DNA from: an uncultured Candidatus Saccharibacteria bacterium
GTDB lineage: Bacteria; Patescibacteriota; Dojkabacteria; B142; OLB20
Direction: 5' to 3'
NCBI GenBank assembly: GCA_964461915.1
Contig: CAYWVD010000001.1
Location: 725,910-789,909, forward strand
DNA length: 64,000 bases
The translations under genes and the position numbers were made by a program. Positions 30,891 through 41,499 of this stretch are shown one piece after another (positions within the stretch are counted from its first letter, which is position 1; the number at the start of each line of letters is the position of its first letter). The notes under the pieces are model-generated. The model did no database searches. It had not been told where the DNA came from and was given only the letters and a program-made list of their open reading frames with translations.

Positions 30891-31925
30891 TTAATAGACT
30901 AAAAAGTAGAAAATTAGACTTAATAAGATTAAAGTCGTTATTGGTATAACGACTTTTTGGAAAGGAAATAACACTTTTCCTCCAAATTTTGTTGAAAATT
31001 TATTGCTTAAAAACATTCCAAAGGTGAATCCTGCTGTCCCAAGTATCATTCCGAACAATACTTTATCTATGCCCCATAGCTTGTTGTATGGGCTTCCAAT
31101 AGTTCCGCCGGTCATGAAAGGAATCACAACTAGACCATAAAAAAGAACAATCGTGACTATTTTATAAAACTTGAAATTCCATTTTCTTTTTTTCAACCAT
31201 TCAATAGTCCAAAGAGATACCGAAAGGAGTAAGCCACCGATCCAGATCCCTGAGATTAAATCATCAATTCCTAGGTATTTTGCAAATCCTAAACCTGCTC
31301 CAACTGCTACAGTACACACCGGGCAAAAGGCTTTGGCTTTAACTACAAGTAAAAATGGCATAACTAAAGTTGTGGCAATAGCGATTATGGCTGGTTTATT
31401 AACTTCAGTTTTCTTGTTCGTTTTTTTGCCTTGAATAATATATCCAAAGACTACCAAGATTATCATCCCTAAACTCATTGCACCAATGAAAATTAATGTG
31501 TTCTTTCGAGCTTCTTCTATAGGAACTCCGGGATTAGCTACAGGCAATACTTTGTATTCTGTATTTTTAAGAGTATCAACAACTGCTAAAACATCGCCAT
31601 CAGTATCGAGTTTTGCTAAGAAATCTTTAATTTGAGTTAGCCCTGAAACACATACATCATCAATAATTAAAATTGGCAATTCTGCATTTTCGTAAGTCTT
31701 ATTACAATTTTGTAAATTTTTTCTATATAGGGCATCAGCGTCTTCTACATCACGAACTTCAATCCTTAAAATTTGTCTATTTTCGGGATTTCGAAAATCA
31801 TCTTCAATTTTCATACACTCAGGGCAATCTCCGCTATAGAAAAGGAACCCTCTAAAGCGTAAAGCCGAAGCACTTGAAACTAAAACAAAGCACAAAAGAA
31901 GAAAAGAAAAAATTACTTTTTTCAT
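30891..31925 (-). CDS. Thioredoxin-fold (CPEC) domain fused to a polytopic membrane domain carrying an intramembrane CPVC motif; putative disulfide oxidoreductase.
   Basis: Signal peptide, GDCPECMK, then about 5 TM with AFCPVCTVAVGAGLG. Confidence 0.5.
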   Translation of the reverse strand: MKKVIFSFLLLCFVLVSSASALRFRGFLFYSGDCPECMKIEDDFRNPENRQILRIEVRDVEDADALYRKNLQNCNKTYENAELPILIIDDVCVSGLTQIKDFLAKLDTDGDVLAVVDTLKNTEYKVLPVANPGVPIEEARKNTLIFIGAMSLGMIILVVFGYIIQGKKTNKKTEVNKPAIIAIATTLVMPFLLVVKAKAFCPVCTVAVGAGLGFAKYLGIDDLISGIWIGGLLLSVSLWTIEWLKKRKWNFKFYKIVTIVLFYGLVVIPFMTGGTIGSPYNKLWGIDKVLFGMILGTAGFTFGMFLSNKFSTKFGGKVLFPFQKVVIPITTLILLSLIFYFLVY

Positions 31926-31997
31926 AGATTATCTTAGAAAAATATTCTTAATTTTATCATAAATATTTTTAATACCTTTAATATTCTAAAGAAAATA

Positions 31998-32019
31998 TTG
32001 ATGGCTTGATGGTATAATA
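31998..32019 (+). promoter_or_regulatory. Extended -10 promoter (TGgTATAAT) 20 nt upstream of the rodZ-like start.
   Basis: tggtataat at 32011-32019; ttgatg at 31998-32003 with a short spacer. Confidence 0.35.
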
Positions 32020-32039
32020 AAGGGAATTCCAATTAAAAA

Positions 32040-33002
32040 ATGATTAAAACGGCGTTACAAATTAAAACGATCGGAACCATCCTTAGGGAAAAAAGGATTG
32101 AGCTGAAGCTCGAAATCAAGCAGATATCCGAGATTATCAAGATCCGATCTGACTATTTAATTGCATTAGAAGAAGGTAATTACAAAGTTTTTCCATCTGA
32201 AGTCTACCTAAAAGGCTTTTTAAAAAATTATGCAAAATATTTGGGGGTAGGAACCGAAAAAGCCCTCGCTCTCTATCGCAGAGAAAATGAAAAGAAAGAG
32301 ACTCCCAATATTATGACGAACTCAAATAGTAAAAACACGCCGCCAAAGCCATTTATGCTAACACCAAATAAGGTTATTACTATGATTGCAGCCATTGCTA
32401 TTTTCGTGATCATCGCTTACCTGGCAAGTTATGCAGGAAAAGTTCTGAAAAAGCCCGATCTTAAACTTACTTCCCCGGTTGCTTATAGCGAAGAAGGCTC
32501 TGTAAACTACAAAACTGATGCTAATTTTATTGAGCTTGCCGGGACAACTGAAATTGGATCAAAACTTACGATCAACGAAACAGAACTCAAACTAAATAAT
32601 TTTGAAAAGTTTACTAAAGAATTCCCATTAATAGATGGGCCGAATTCCTTTGTATTAACTGCCGAAAGCCAATTTGGGAGAACAAAAACCATCACTTTAA
32701 ATATTCAAAAAGAAGCTTCTGCAATAATTACTCCTACCCCAACAAACATCGTCAAACAAATGGATCTTTCTATCGAAATTGTTGACAAAGATACCCAACT
32801 CACTGTATTTATAGATGACGAAAAGCGAACCGAAAGGTTATACAAGGTTGGTTCAACTTTAGAATTTACAGCTGTTAAAAAAATTGAAATCCGATGCTCA
32901 AAACAAACTTCTTTGAAAGTTAAAATTAATTCCTCAGATGAAAAAGTTGAATCAGTAATATCAACTTGGGAACTTATCGATGGAATAGTAACTAAAAAAT
33001 AA
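32040..33002 (+). CDS. rodZ: RodZ-like cytoskeleton protein (HTH_XRE, TM, DUF4115-like).
   Basis: N-terminal TIGTILREKRIELKLEIKQISEIIKIRSDYLIALEEGNY HTH; central TM; C-terminal beta domain. Confidence 0.65.
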   Translation: MIKTALQIKTIGTILREKRIELKLEIKQISEIIKIRSDYLIALEEGNYKVFPSEVYLKGFLKNYAKYLGVGTEKALALYRRENEKKETPNIMTNSNSKNTPPKPFMLTPNKVITMIAAIAIFVIIAYLASYAGKVLKKPDLKLTSPVAYSEEGSVNYKTDANFIELAGTTEIGSKLTINETELKLNNFEKFTKEFPLIDGPNSFVLTAESQFGRTKTITLNIQKEASAIITPTPTNIVKQMDLSIEIVDKDTQLTVFIDDEKRTERLYKVGSTLEFTAVKKIEIRCSKQTSLKVKINSSDEKVESVISTWELIDGIVTKK

Positions 33003-33601
33003 TGTTCAACAACCTAACAAAAAAAGAAAAAGAGATCCTTGAATTTATCACCATTTCAAATCAAATGCGTGGATTCCCCCCTTCTATGAAAGATATCATG
33101 GAACACTTTAGGCTTAGAGCCGTTTCAACAGTTCACGAACATATTCATAATTTAAGAAAAAAGGGATACCTAGTTAGGGACAAGAACGGATCAAGGTCAA
33201 TTAAAGTTGTTAATATGGATCTTGGAGAGCATGAATTTATGGAAATCCCCATAGTTTTTGAGCTGAATGCAAATTCCCTATTAGTTAAATGCGGAGTATT
33301 AAAATCAGTTTTATTACACAAATCGAATTTAAAAGGAAAGGGCAAATATACAGCAATAAAAATCGGATCTGATAACTATATTGAACAAGGAATTCTTGAA
33401 AACGATATAATCATAATTAAAGAGGCTGATAAATTAGCATTTAACACTAAGGCTGTGGTCAGCGTAGGAGGTAAAACCTGCTTAGGAGAAATAATTGAAA
33501 ATAAACAATTGCCGGTATTTAAAAAATTCTACCAAGGATCGGCAATAGTAATTAATTTTGAGATTAAAGGGCAAATTGTTTCTTTAATCCGAAATTTCTA
33601 A
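33002..33601 (+). CDS. lexA: LexA-like transcriptional repressor (winged-helix plus S24-like C-domain, active-site motif atypical).
   Basis: N-terminus MRGFPPSMKDIMEHF...HEHIHNLRKKGYL; C-terminus KIGSDNYIEQGILENDIIII resembles GDSM...GD of S24 but Ser placement is ambiguous. Confidence 0.5.
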   Translation: MFNNLTKKEKEILEFITISNQMRGFPPSMKDIMEHFRLRAVSTVHEHIHNLRKKGYLVRDKNGSRSIKVVNMDLGEHEFMEIPIVFELNANSLLVKCGVLKSVLLHKSNLKGKGKYTAIKIGSDNYIEQGILENDIIIIKEADKLAFNTKAVVSVGGKTCLGEIIENKQLPVFKKFYQGSAIVINFEIKGQIVSLIRNF

Positions 33602-33604
33602 ATC

Positions 33605-33952
33605 TTAATCTTCTTGATCCCAATATTTTAGTTTAAATTCTTTAGGGACCTCGTCTATCCCTCCTTTATTAAAAGGATTACAGCGAACTATTCGAATTAT
33701 TCCGAGTAAGCTACCTTTTATGACTCCAAATTTTTCAATAGATTGATATGTAAATTCAGAACAACTTGGATGGAACCTGCATGCCCTTATTACTCTTGGA
33801 TTTGCCCAGAAACTGTGATCAAATGAAAATAGTTTTTGATAGATTCTGATTAGGAATAAAACGATTTTTGACATAATTAAAATTTTCTTATAAAAACGCT
33901 TGCAATCTTGTCCACATTTTTGTATCTTATTGTGTATAAGAATCCTCCCCAA
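33605..33952 (-). CDS. yidD: Membrane protein insertion efficiency factor YidD.
   Basis: RIYQKLFS...[36 protein letters not shown] haemolytic-domain signature. Confidence 0.8.
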   Translation of the reverse strand: [115 protein letters not shown]

Positions 33953-34004
33953 AAATACCGGACCTTTTAAGGTAAAGCTATTATCGTCTAGCTTGTAGAT
34001 TCTA

Positions 34005-35429
34005 TTGCCTAATTATATCTTAAAATCATTCAAAATGGATATTAATGCAATTTGGAAAGTCACACTCGCGCAAATAGAAGTTAAATTAGATTCCACTGCT
34101 CAATACAAAACTTGGTTTAAAGATACAAAATTAGTTGAAATCACGGGCGGGAAAGCCGCAATTGGTGTTAAGAATTCTTACGCTCTGGATTGGCTTCATG
34201 ACCATCATCACATGCTTATCCGCGAAACTTTATCCTATGTTTATGGCAAACCACTCGAACCTTTCTATATTATTGATAAATCGCTAGTAAACAATCCTAC
34301 ACCGAAGATTGATCAATCCGAAGTCGAAAAGACATCCCCGATGATTGGATACATTGCAAATGATGGAAAGAATCCAAATTTATCCTTAAGTTTAAGGCGT
34401 TCAAATCTCAAAGAGGACTTTAGTTTTGGCACATATATCGTAGGTGGGTCAAATAAGATGGCACATGCCGCAGCCCTCGGGGTAGCAAAAAAACCGGGAG
34501 AAATGTACAATCCCCTTTTTATTTATGGACGAACAGGTGTTGGAAAAACTCATCTTGGACAAGCAGTAGCAAGGCAAATTTTAGAAGATAATTACACAAA
34601 GAAAATTTTATACATTCCTTCTGAAGGCTTTCTAAATGACATGGTCAAATCGATAAAATCAGGGAAGAACCTTGAGTTTAGAGCAAAATATAGAAGTCTT
34701 GACCTCTTAATCATCGACGACATCCAATTTATTTCAAAATGGCAAGAAACCCAGAACGAGTTCTTTAATACATTTAATGTACTCCACAACGATAAAAAAC
34801 AGGTCATTTTGATATCAGATCGACCCCCTCATGAAATCTCGGGAATTGAAGAAAGACTTCGTTCAAGATTCCAAGGAGGAATTACAGTCGATGTCGGAAC
34901 ACCAGATTACGAAATGCGTTTAGCTATCATTCAAAAGAAAGCCAACAAACTTGGGCTTACTATTAATCCAAAAGTATTTGAATACATTGCAAAATTAGTT
35001 GAGGATAATATCCGTGAACTTGAAGGAGCATTACAAAAAGTTGCCCTATATCAGTCCATGTTTGGACCGGATATTACTTACGAAGAAGTAGAAAAAATGC
35101 TCGGACGCGACAAAAAAAGCAGAAGGCTAAAAGTAAAAGTACCAATTATTCTAAAAATGATTTCAAAAGAATTTAACATTTCAGTTAAAGATCTTAAAAG
35201 CCAAAGTAGGACTTCGGACTTGGCTTTTGCAAGGCAAGTAGCAATGTTCATTTTGCGAGAAGATTTTGGTTTTAAACTTGATCAAGTTGCTCAATACCTT
35301 GACAGGAAAGACCATACAACAGTTCTTCATGCCGTAGACAAAATTAAAAGCAAGTTAATGATCGATGAGGGATTTAAAATTCAAATGGATCAGTTAAGAG
35401 AAAATATTTTAAGAGATAATGAACTTTAA
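34005..35429 (+). CDS. dnaA: Chromosomal replication initiator DnaA. The probable true start is the Met at 34035 (MDINAIWK...).
   Basis: Walker A GRTGVGKTHL, Walker B LLIIDDIQF, sensor/arginine finger, C-terminal DNA-binding HTH (TTVLHAVDKI). Confidence 0.95.
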   Translation: MPNYILKSFKMDINAIWKVTLAQIEVKLDSTAQYKTWFKDTKLVEITGGKAAIGVKNSYALDWLHDHHHMLIRETLSYVYGKPLEPFYIIDKSLVNNPTPKIDQSEVEKTSPMIGYIANDGKNPNLSLSLRRSNLKEDFSFGTYIVGGSNKMAHAAALGVAKKPGEMYNPLFIYGRTGVGKTHLGQAVARQILEDNYTKKILYIPSEGFLNDMVKSIKSGKNLEFRAKYRSLDLLIIDDIQFISKWQETQNEFFNTFNVLHNDKKQVILISDRPPHEISGIEERLRSRFQGGITVDVGTPDYEMRLAIIQKKANKLGLTINPKVFEYIAKLVEDNIRELEGALQKVALYQSMFGPDITYEEVEKMLGRDKKSRRLKVKVPIILKMISKEFNISVKDLKSQSRTSDLAFARQVAMFILREDFGFKLDQVAQYLDRKDHTTVLHAVDKIKSKLMIDEGFKIQMDQLRENILRDNEL

Positions 35430-35741
35430 AATTAATTTATCCCCAAAATGAATAATCAAAAAGGCATTGAGAACAAGATAATAAAAAGCTTAAAATGGTT
35501 TGCCAATAAATCTTTTCACTATCCAGATTTTTACCCACAATGCTCTATTTCGATATTATTCATTCCTATAATTAAGTTTTTTGATTGTCAAAAAAAAGTT
35601 ATCCAAAAACTTCCCACCATGATTTTGAAAGAAATTAATAATCTAGGGCTATACTTTAAGAAGATTATCCACTTATCAACACACTATACTTATACTAATT
35701 CTATTTATTTATATATAATATAATATTATTACGAACTAACT
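35430..35741 (+). promoter_or_regulatory. Candidate oriC: four co-oriented DnaA-box-like 9-mers plus an AT-rich unwinding element just upstream of dnaN.
   Basis: TTATCCCCA 35446-54, TTACCCACA 35530-38, TTATCCAAA 35599-607, TTATCCACT 35665-73; AT tract ctatttatttatatataatataatattatt 35701-35731. Confidence 0.5.
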
Positions 35742-36872
35742 ATGAAGATCTCAGTACTCCAAGAAAACCTCGCAAAAGCTTTACTGTATGTAAATCGAGC
35801 AGTATCAGTTAGGCCAAATATACCAGTTTTAGCCAATGTCTTAATTGAAGCAGATAAAGGCAAGATAAAACTCTCGGCAACCAATCTGGAAGTAGGAATC
35901 GCCTTGTGGATAGGTGCAGAGGTAGCAGAACCTGGTAAACTTACAGTCTCTGCCAAACTTCTTACTGAATTTATTAATTCTTTAAAGAAGGGAAAAATCG
36001 ATGCATATATTCAAGAACAAATGTTTGAGGTTAACTTTGTGGATAATACTGCACAGTTCTTCATCATACCAGCAGACGACTTTCCCAAGGTTCCACAAGC
36101 CGAAGGTGAAGTCCTTCTTGAAATAAATGCTTTTGAATTTGCTGACGCTATCTCAAAAACATCATTTTCAGCAGGGTTAGATGAATCCCGCCCTGTTCTA
36201 ACGGGAGTTTTAATGGTAGCAAAAGAAAAATCTCTTACCCTTGTTGGAGTTGATGGTTTTAGACTTTCAAGAAAAATCATTGATCTAAACAAAGTAATTA
36301 AGCAAGATGAATTTAAGGAAATAGTTCCTGCTAAAAGTTTGATTGAAATTGAAAAATTAATTAGAGAAGTTGGTGATGATAAAACAATGGTTCAGGTTTA
36401 CTACCTTGGAGCCAAGAATCAACTTCTATTTAAGATCGGGGATATCGAATTTTCTACAAGGCTTATCGAGGGGGAATTCCCTGATTATGAAAAAATCATT
36501 CCAAGCGAAAGCATAGTAAAATTTACAGTTAGCCGTGAAGAAATGGTTAATGTAATCAAAATAGCTTCAATTTTCGCAAGAAATGTCATCGGTAATAAAA
36601 CAAGATTCAAAATAATCCCGGAAGATAAAAAATTAAGCTTATCTGCTAGTGTAATTGATATTGGTAAAAATGAAAGTAAACTAGATTTAATCGATGCCAG
36701 TGGTGAAGAATTCGAAACTGGTTACAATATTAAATTCCTTAACGATATGGTTAATGCTATCAAATCTAAAGAAATCAAATTTGAGAGCAAAGGAGCTCAA
36801 TCTCCTGGAGTCTTTTTAGACCCCGATGATAAAAACTATATCCATATCATTATGCCCATGAGATTGGAATAA
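35742..36872 (+). CDS. dnaN: DNA polymerase III beta sliding clamp.
   Basis: 376 aa, three-domain clamp; MKISVLQENLAKALLYVNRAVS N-terminus typical. Confidence 0.9.
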   Translation: MKISVLQENLAKALLYVNRAVSVRPNIPVLANVLIEADKGKIKLSATNLEVGIALWIGAEVAEPGKLTVSAKLLTEFINSLKKGKIDAYIQEQMFEVNFVDNTAQFFIIPADDFPKVPQAEGEVLLEINAFEFADAISKTSFSAGLDESRPVLTGVLMVAKEKSLTLVGVDGFRLSRKIIDLNKVIKQDEFKEIVPAKSLIEIEKLIREVGDDKTMVQVYYLGAKNQLLFKIGDIEFSTRLIEGEFPDYEKIIPSESIVKFTVSREEMVNVIKIASIFARNVIGNKTRFKIIPEDKKLSLSASVIDIGKNESKLDLIDASGEEFETGYNIKFLNDMVNAIKSKEIKFESKGAQSPGVFLDPDDKNYIHIIMPMRLE

Positions 36873-36892
36873 TCTCGTAAATTAAATATTGT

Positions 36893-38479
36893 TTGATGAA
36901 AAAATACTTAGTAATACTATTCTTTTTCTTACTAAATTGTTTTTGGGTTATTCAAGATAATACGCTACCGGCAATTGGAGATGATGCCAGATGGTTAAGC
37001 GAAACTTCAAATCTTACCCAAATTGTTCAATCTGGGGACACTCAAGCAGTTTTTGATAAATGGCAGAACATGTTTATCAAAGACACAAACAGCTTCCCAA
37101 GGACTCCTCTATTTACAGTATTGTCTGTTCCAAGTTTTTTGTTATTTGGAGTTAATGAAAATGTAGCAATAATTACTAATGTTTTTGTTCTTGCCATTAC
37201 CTCGTTACTACTAGTTTTTTTTGTTGAAGAACTATTCAAAAATAATTCGAATAAATCTAAGATCAGTCTATTTTCCATTCTGATCTTTAACCTAATGGCT
37301 GGGACTTATGGATTATCGAGGCTATACATGTCTGAGATCCTACAAACTGCTTTTGTTATTTTGATCAGTTTTATTTATTTAAAGAATAAAGATAAATTCT
37401 CATATAAAAGTTATTTGTTATTAGGTTTTTTGTGGGGATTAGCTTTCTTACTCAGATTTTTAATGCCAATGTATTTGATTATTCCGTCACTATTTTTCTT
37501 AAAATGGCAACTTAATCAAAAGAAGAAATTTTATGAATATGCTTTAGCAATAATTGTCTTCGCAATCCCATTTTTACTTACGACTTTGACTTGGTATGGA
37601 CAAAATCTTACTACCTACATTGAATTTACAAAATATACTTCTTCTGGAGAATTAGCCGAAATTACTTCGCTAGGGCCGGTTTATTCTCCAATTACTTGGT
37701 TTAAATATTGGAAAGTTATAGGTCTATGGCATTTTGGATTACCGATACTTTTAATGGGTGGAGTTAGTTTGATAATTAATTATTTCAAAACTTCAAAAAT
37801 CAAACTGTTATTTGCTTTTAAAGAACTAAATTTTTTGATTCTGTCCTTTTTACCGGCATTTATCTTAACTACATTAAGTGTTAATAAAACGGCAAGATAT
37901 TTTTATCCTGTTGAATTTTTCATCGTAGTAATTATTGCTTACCTTGTCTTTCAAGTCTGGGCAAACAAAAGCAAAGTGTTCAAATTATTTGTACTATTTT
38001 TGTTTGCCCTTTCGTTCTATCCATTTATTGATTCAATTATTAAAGTTTTGCCTAATATCCCCTACACAAATTTTATGTATAGTAGTTCTGAATATCAGAG
38101 GATTGATATTGATGAGCAAAAGTATTCATTCATAATTGAAGAACTAAAAAAGTATCCATATCTAGAAAAAGACGAAATATATCTTGTTGCTGAAACCCCA
38201 GAAGTTAATGATGCGCAGATACTTTGGTATGCTTCTCTGAAAGGTGAAGAGATAAAAACTATTGGAGAATTCTCTTTATACACCACCCTTGATGAAGGGA
38301 AGGCAAAAATTGATAAGGCTGATATTGTAATCCTTCATGTTGGACTTTCTTTTGATGAAAAATATTTACAGAAATACCTTGATGCCCTCGAATATGTTAA
38401 ATCAAATCCATCATTTGAACTGGTTTCTAATAAAGAATACACTGATTCCAGTTCCATTTTGATTTTTAAAAGAAAATAA
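36893..38479 (+). CDS. GT-C fold polytopic glycosyltransferase (PMT/ArnT-like, GT39/GT83-type).
   Basis: About 12 TM; first extracytoplasmic loop IGDDARW resembles the GT-C DE/DD motif; 528 aa with a soluble C-terminal domain. Confidence 0.55.
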   Translation: MMKKYLVILFFFLLNCFWVIQDNTLPAIGDDARWLSETSNLTQIVQSGDTQAVFDKWQNMFIKDTNSFPRTPLFTVLSVPSFLLFGVNENVAIITNVFVLAITSLLLVFFVEELFKNNSNKSKISLFSILIFNLMAGTYGLSRLYMSEILQTAFVILISFIYLKNKDKFSYKSYLLLGFLWGLAFLLRFLMPMYLIIPSLFFLKWQLNQKKKFYEYALAIIVFAIPFLLTTLTWYGQNLTTYIEFTKYTSSGELAEITSLGPVYSPITWFKYWKVIGLWHFGLPILLMGGVSLIINYFKTSKIKLLFAFKELNFLILSFLPAFILTTLSVNKTARYFYPVEFFIVVIIAYLVFQVWANKSKVFKLFVLFLFALSFYPFIDSIIKVLPNIPYTNFMYSSSEYQRIDIDEQKYSFIIEELKKYPYLEKDEIYLVAETPEVNDAQILWYASLKGEEIKTIGEFSLYTTLDEGKAKIDKADIVILHVGLSFDEKYLQKYLDALEYVKSNPSFELVSNKEYTDSSSILIFKRK

Positions 38480-39592
38480 ATGAACAACATAGAAGTTAAA
38501 TATGTAAATAAGGAGAATAAAGATGAATGGGATTCTTTTATAGAAAATTCTCGTTGGGGTGACATCCTTCAATTTTGGGAATGGGGTGAAACAAAGGCTA
38601 GTGAAAAATGGACACCTAAAAGGTTGGGTGTTTACAAAGATGGCGAACTAATACTTGCTGCTCAATGCTTGCTAAAAGAAGCAGGGGTTTTAGGGAAATA
38701 TATATATATTCCTCATGGCCCAGTATTCCAAACGATCAATGGACTCAAAGAAGGGATTAAACCTTTAAAAGAAGCTCTGATTCAACTTGCCGAACAAGAG
38801 GAAGGATTTGCAATAGAAATTGAACCTAAAATTGGAGAACTTCCTGATGAATTACTTGAATCCCCCATTGTCTCTGAGAACCTTCAATATTTAATAGATC
38901 CGGCTGTTCTTAAGCTCTTTGAATCTCAAGGATTCCGTAAGTCTAAAAGGAATATGCAACCTAAATACAAACTTTATTATGATCTTGATAAATCAGAAGA
39001 GGAACTTCTTCAGACAATGAAAAAGAATACCAGATACAACATCAAATTAGCTGCAAAAAAAGGTGTTGTGATTAATGAATATTCGTTAGATGATAAAAAG
39101 ATCGATCAAAAACTAGTCCAATTCTATGATTTGCTCCTAATAACTCAAGATCGAGCAAAAGGCTATCCGATAAGATCGTTTGAATATTTTAAAACCTTTA
39201 TAAATAGTTTTAAAAATTTGAACAATGTCTCGCTTTTTGAAGCCAGTTATGAAGGTAAAACCATAGCAATAAATATAAGTCAAAGAACAAAATACTGGTC
39301 ATCATCATTTTATGCAGCTTCTAATAGACTTTTCCCTGAAGTAAAAGCGACATATTTATTAAGATGGAAATCGATTTTGAAGGCAAAAGAGATGGGATCT
39401 AAGCTATATGATTTTTGGGGTATAGTCCCGGGATCAGACCAGCACAAAGGATATTCTGACAACAAGATGAGTTTCAATGGAGTAAGAATAGACACTTTTG
39501 GATTATTAAGCCTTCCATTGTCCCCTTCGAGATATTTTATATGGGACAAACTTTTGCCATTACGATCAAAATTCGGTAGATTAAAAATATAA
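38480..39592 (+). CDS. FemAB-family aminoacyl/peptidyl transferase (peptidoglycan interpeptide bridge formation family).
   Basis: W..F...W.....KASEKW N-terminus; LRWKSILKAKEMGSKLYDFWG C-terminal motif typical of FemX/FemAB (PF02388). Confidence 0.65.
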   Translation: MNNIEVKYVNKENKDEWDSFIENSRWGDILQFWEWGETKASEKWTPKRLGVYKDGELILAAQCLLKEAGVLGKYIYIPHGPVFQTINGLKEGIKPLKEALIQLAEQEEGFAIEIEPKIGELPDELLESPIVSENLQYLIDPAVLKLFESQGFRKSKRNMQPKYKLYYDLDKSEEELLQTMKKNTRYNIKLAAKKGVVINEYSLDDKKIDQKLVQFYDLLLITQDRAKGYPIRSFEYFKTFINSFKNLNNVSLFEASYEGKTIAINISQRTKYWSSSFYAASNRLFPEVKATYLLRWKSILKAKEMGSKLYDFWGIVPGSDQHKGYSDNKMSFNGVRIDTFGLLSLPLSPSRYFIWDKLLPLRSKFGRLKI

Positions 39593-39615
39593 TAATAATT
39601 TATTCTCGATAGTTT

Positions 39616-41430
39616 ATGGAAACTCTAAAACAGTATAAGCTGAACATCCTTCTTGTATTCACTTTGATCTTATCTATAGGGATAATTGGGGCAATTACAT
39701 TAAGATGGTATGAATTCCAACAAAATATTGTTTCCCCCAATCAAAATGTTTCAAACAATCAAGACACAAATGTTACACCCACTCTCCCTTTTATAGAAGA
39801 TCCGGGAACCGAACTCAATCTAGGTAATCGTATAGCAGGTACTGAAGAAACAATTGATGTTTATTCAACAAACACTGTTGTTCAAGATCAAGTCGAGCTC
39901 GTAAGACTATTCATTGAAAATGGCGAAGTGTTAAATGTTTCGTCAACACTAATGGCCTTCCCTGCTTGTTCAAATGAAAAAATGTTTACCCCAAACAGGG
40001 TTTGTCTTGATGTTGCAAAAACATCTCCAATGAATGTAAACGAGTTGATTGCAAAAATAACAATAAAGTGGGATGAAGACCAAGAAGGCAAGATCTGGAG
40101 AGAAAATTCAGCCGGGATTTATGTTACGGAGGATGTATTGGGTATAATAAATGTATCAAATAACGCATTAACTGATAACAACAATCAAAAATTTTTCGAA
40201 AAGTATGAATTTAGTTATTTTGATTCATTTCCTGTTCAATTAGTTGTAATGATAAGTGTAGCGGTCGCTACTATTTTAATAATATTTTTATTTGAAAAAA
40301 GCCAAAAAGGTAAAAATTTTAGTAAAATTTTTCGAATACTTGCCATTTTTAATCTCATTGGATTAACAATATTCTTAGGCAACTATATTAATACGCAGTA
40401 TGTTTTACCCGAAAATGTTAGGGCTGAAATACCCTTAATTAATAGAAATGACATGGTTTCTCCTGTCTTGACGTTTAATTTATGGAACAAATTTGGCGCA
40501 GAATCGGGCTTTTGTTCAGCTGGATGGCCTCATGAAAATTTGTGCCATACTGGTGTTGATGTGGGTACCAAACAAAAAATTTATGCTGTTGGTAAAGGTA
40601 AAGTAGTTGTAGCAAGTAATGGATATAACGGGGGGTATGGAAATCATGTGATAATTCAACACAATACAACTTCTGGTACCCTTTATACAGTATATTGTCA
40701 CTTTGAAGTAATATATGTTTCTAATGGTGATAATGTGGACGAAAATACTGCATTAGGTATGATGGGGTCTACTGGATATGCTGTAGGTGCCGATCCAACA
40801 CATTTACATTTTGAATTAAGGAATAGCACTGATTACGCCTCTGCTACGTTCTATAATCCTATCGATATTTTTTATAGGCAAAGAGGCTCGGTACCTAATC
40901 CTGAGGAGCCTGAGGAACCTGAGGAACCTGAGGAACCTGAGGATCCTGAGGAGCCTGAGGAACCTGAGGAGCCTGAGGAGCCTGAGGACAATATAGTTTG
41001 TGGTGGAAAATGCTATTCAGATTCGCAATGCGCAAAGGGTAATAAGGTGAAAACGGTTGAGTGTGATGAATCTATTAATCCGAATAATAACAAATGTATT
41101 ATTTTGACTTGCGATACTGGATATTATGTTGATGGCTGTACATGCAAATTAATTACAAACCCTTACAATCCAACTACTAGCACTACTTCCTCTCCCGTTC
41201 CTACTCAGGGACCAGGGAATACAATTGTTTGTGGTGCAATGGATTTTGATGGAAATAATAGAATTGATATAGCGGATTTAATAAATTTTGTTAATAAATA
41301 TAATAAGAATTGTTCAGATATTTATAACGACTCTAAATATGGCGCATTGGATGCTAATCAAGATGGAAAAGTAAATTTTTATGACATTATCAAATTTAAG
41401 AGTTTTTATAACAAGGGAGTTCTCTTTTAA
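39616..41430 (+). CDS. Multi-domain surface protein: TM, paralogous CxC-W-domain, TM, M23 peptidase (LytM/lysostaphin-type), PEEPEE repeat, Cys-rich knot, dockerin-like C-terminus.
   Basis: M23 motifs HTGVDVG (HxxxD) and THLHFELR (HxH); PEEPEEPEE x10; C-terminal DFDGNNRIDIADLINFV and DANQDGKVNFYDIIKFKSFY dockerin-like EF-hand pair. Confidence 0.7.
   Translation: METLKQYKLNILLVFTLILSIGIIGAITLRWYEFQQNIVSPNQNVSNNQDTNVTPTLPFIEDPGTELNLGNRIAGTEETIDVYSTNTVVQDQVELVRLFIENGEVLNVSSTLMAFPACSNEKMFTPNRVCLDVAKTSPMNVNELIAKITIKWDEDQEGKIWRENSAGIYVTEDVLGIINVSNNALTDNNNQKFFEKYEFSYFDSFPVQLVVMISVAVATILIIFLFEKSQKGKNFSKIFRILAIFNLIGLTIFLGNYINTQYVLPENVRAEIPLINRNDMVSPVLTFNLWNKFGAESGFCSAGWPHENLCHTGVDVGTKQKIYAVGKGKVVVASNGYNGGYGNHVIIQHNTTSGTLYTVYCHFEVIYVSNGDNVDENTALGMMGSTGYAVGADPTHLHFELRNSTDYASATFYNPIDIFYRQRGSVPNPEEPEEPEEPEEPEDPEEPEEPEEPEEPEDNIVCGGKCYSDSQCAKGNKVKTVECDESINPNNNKCIILTCDTGYYVDGCTCKLITNPYNPTTSTTSSPVPTQGPGNTIVCGAMDFDGNNRIDIADLINFVNKYNKNCSDIYNDSKYGALDANQDGKVNFYDIIKFKSFYNKGVLF
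40901..40990 (+). repeat. Tandem 9-bp repeat (CCTGAGGAR) x10 encoding the (PEE)n linker.
   Basis: Read directly: cctgaggag cctgaggaa cctgaggaa cctgaggaa cctgaggat cctgaggag cctgaggaa cctgaggag cctgaggag cctgaggac. Confidence 0.9.
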
Positions 41431-41499
41431 TTAAGAACATTTGATTTAATAATTTATTAATAATAATATTAGTATTAATTGTATTTACCTTTTAAGAAC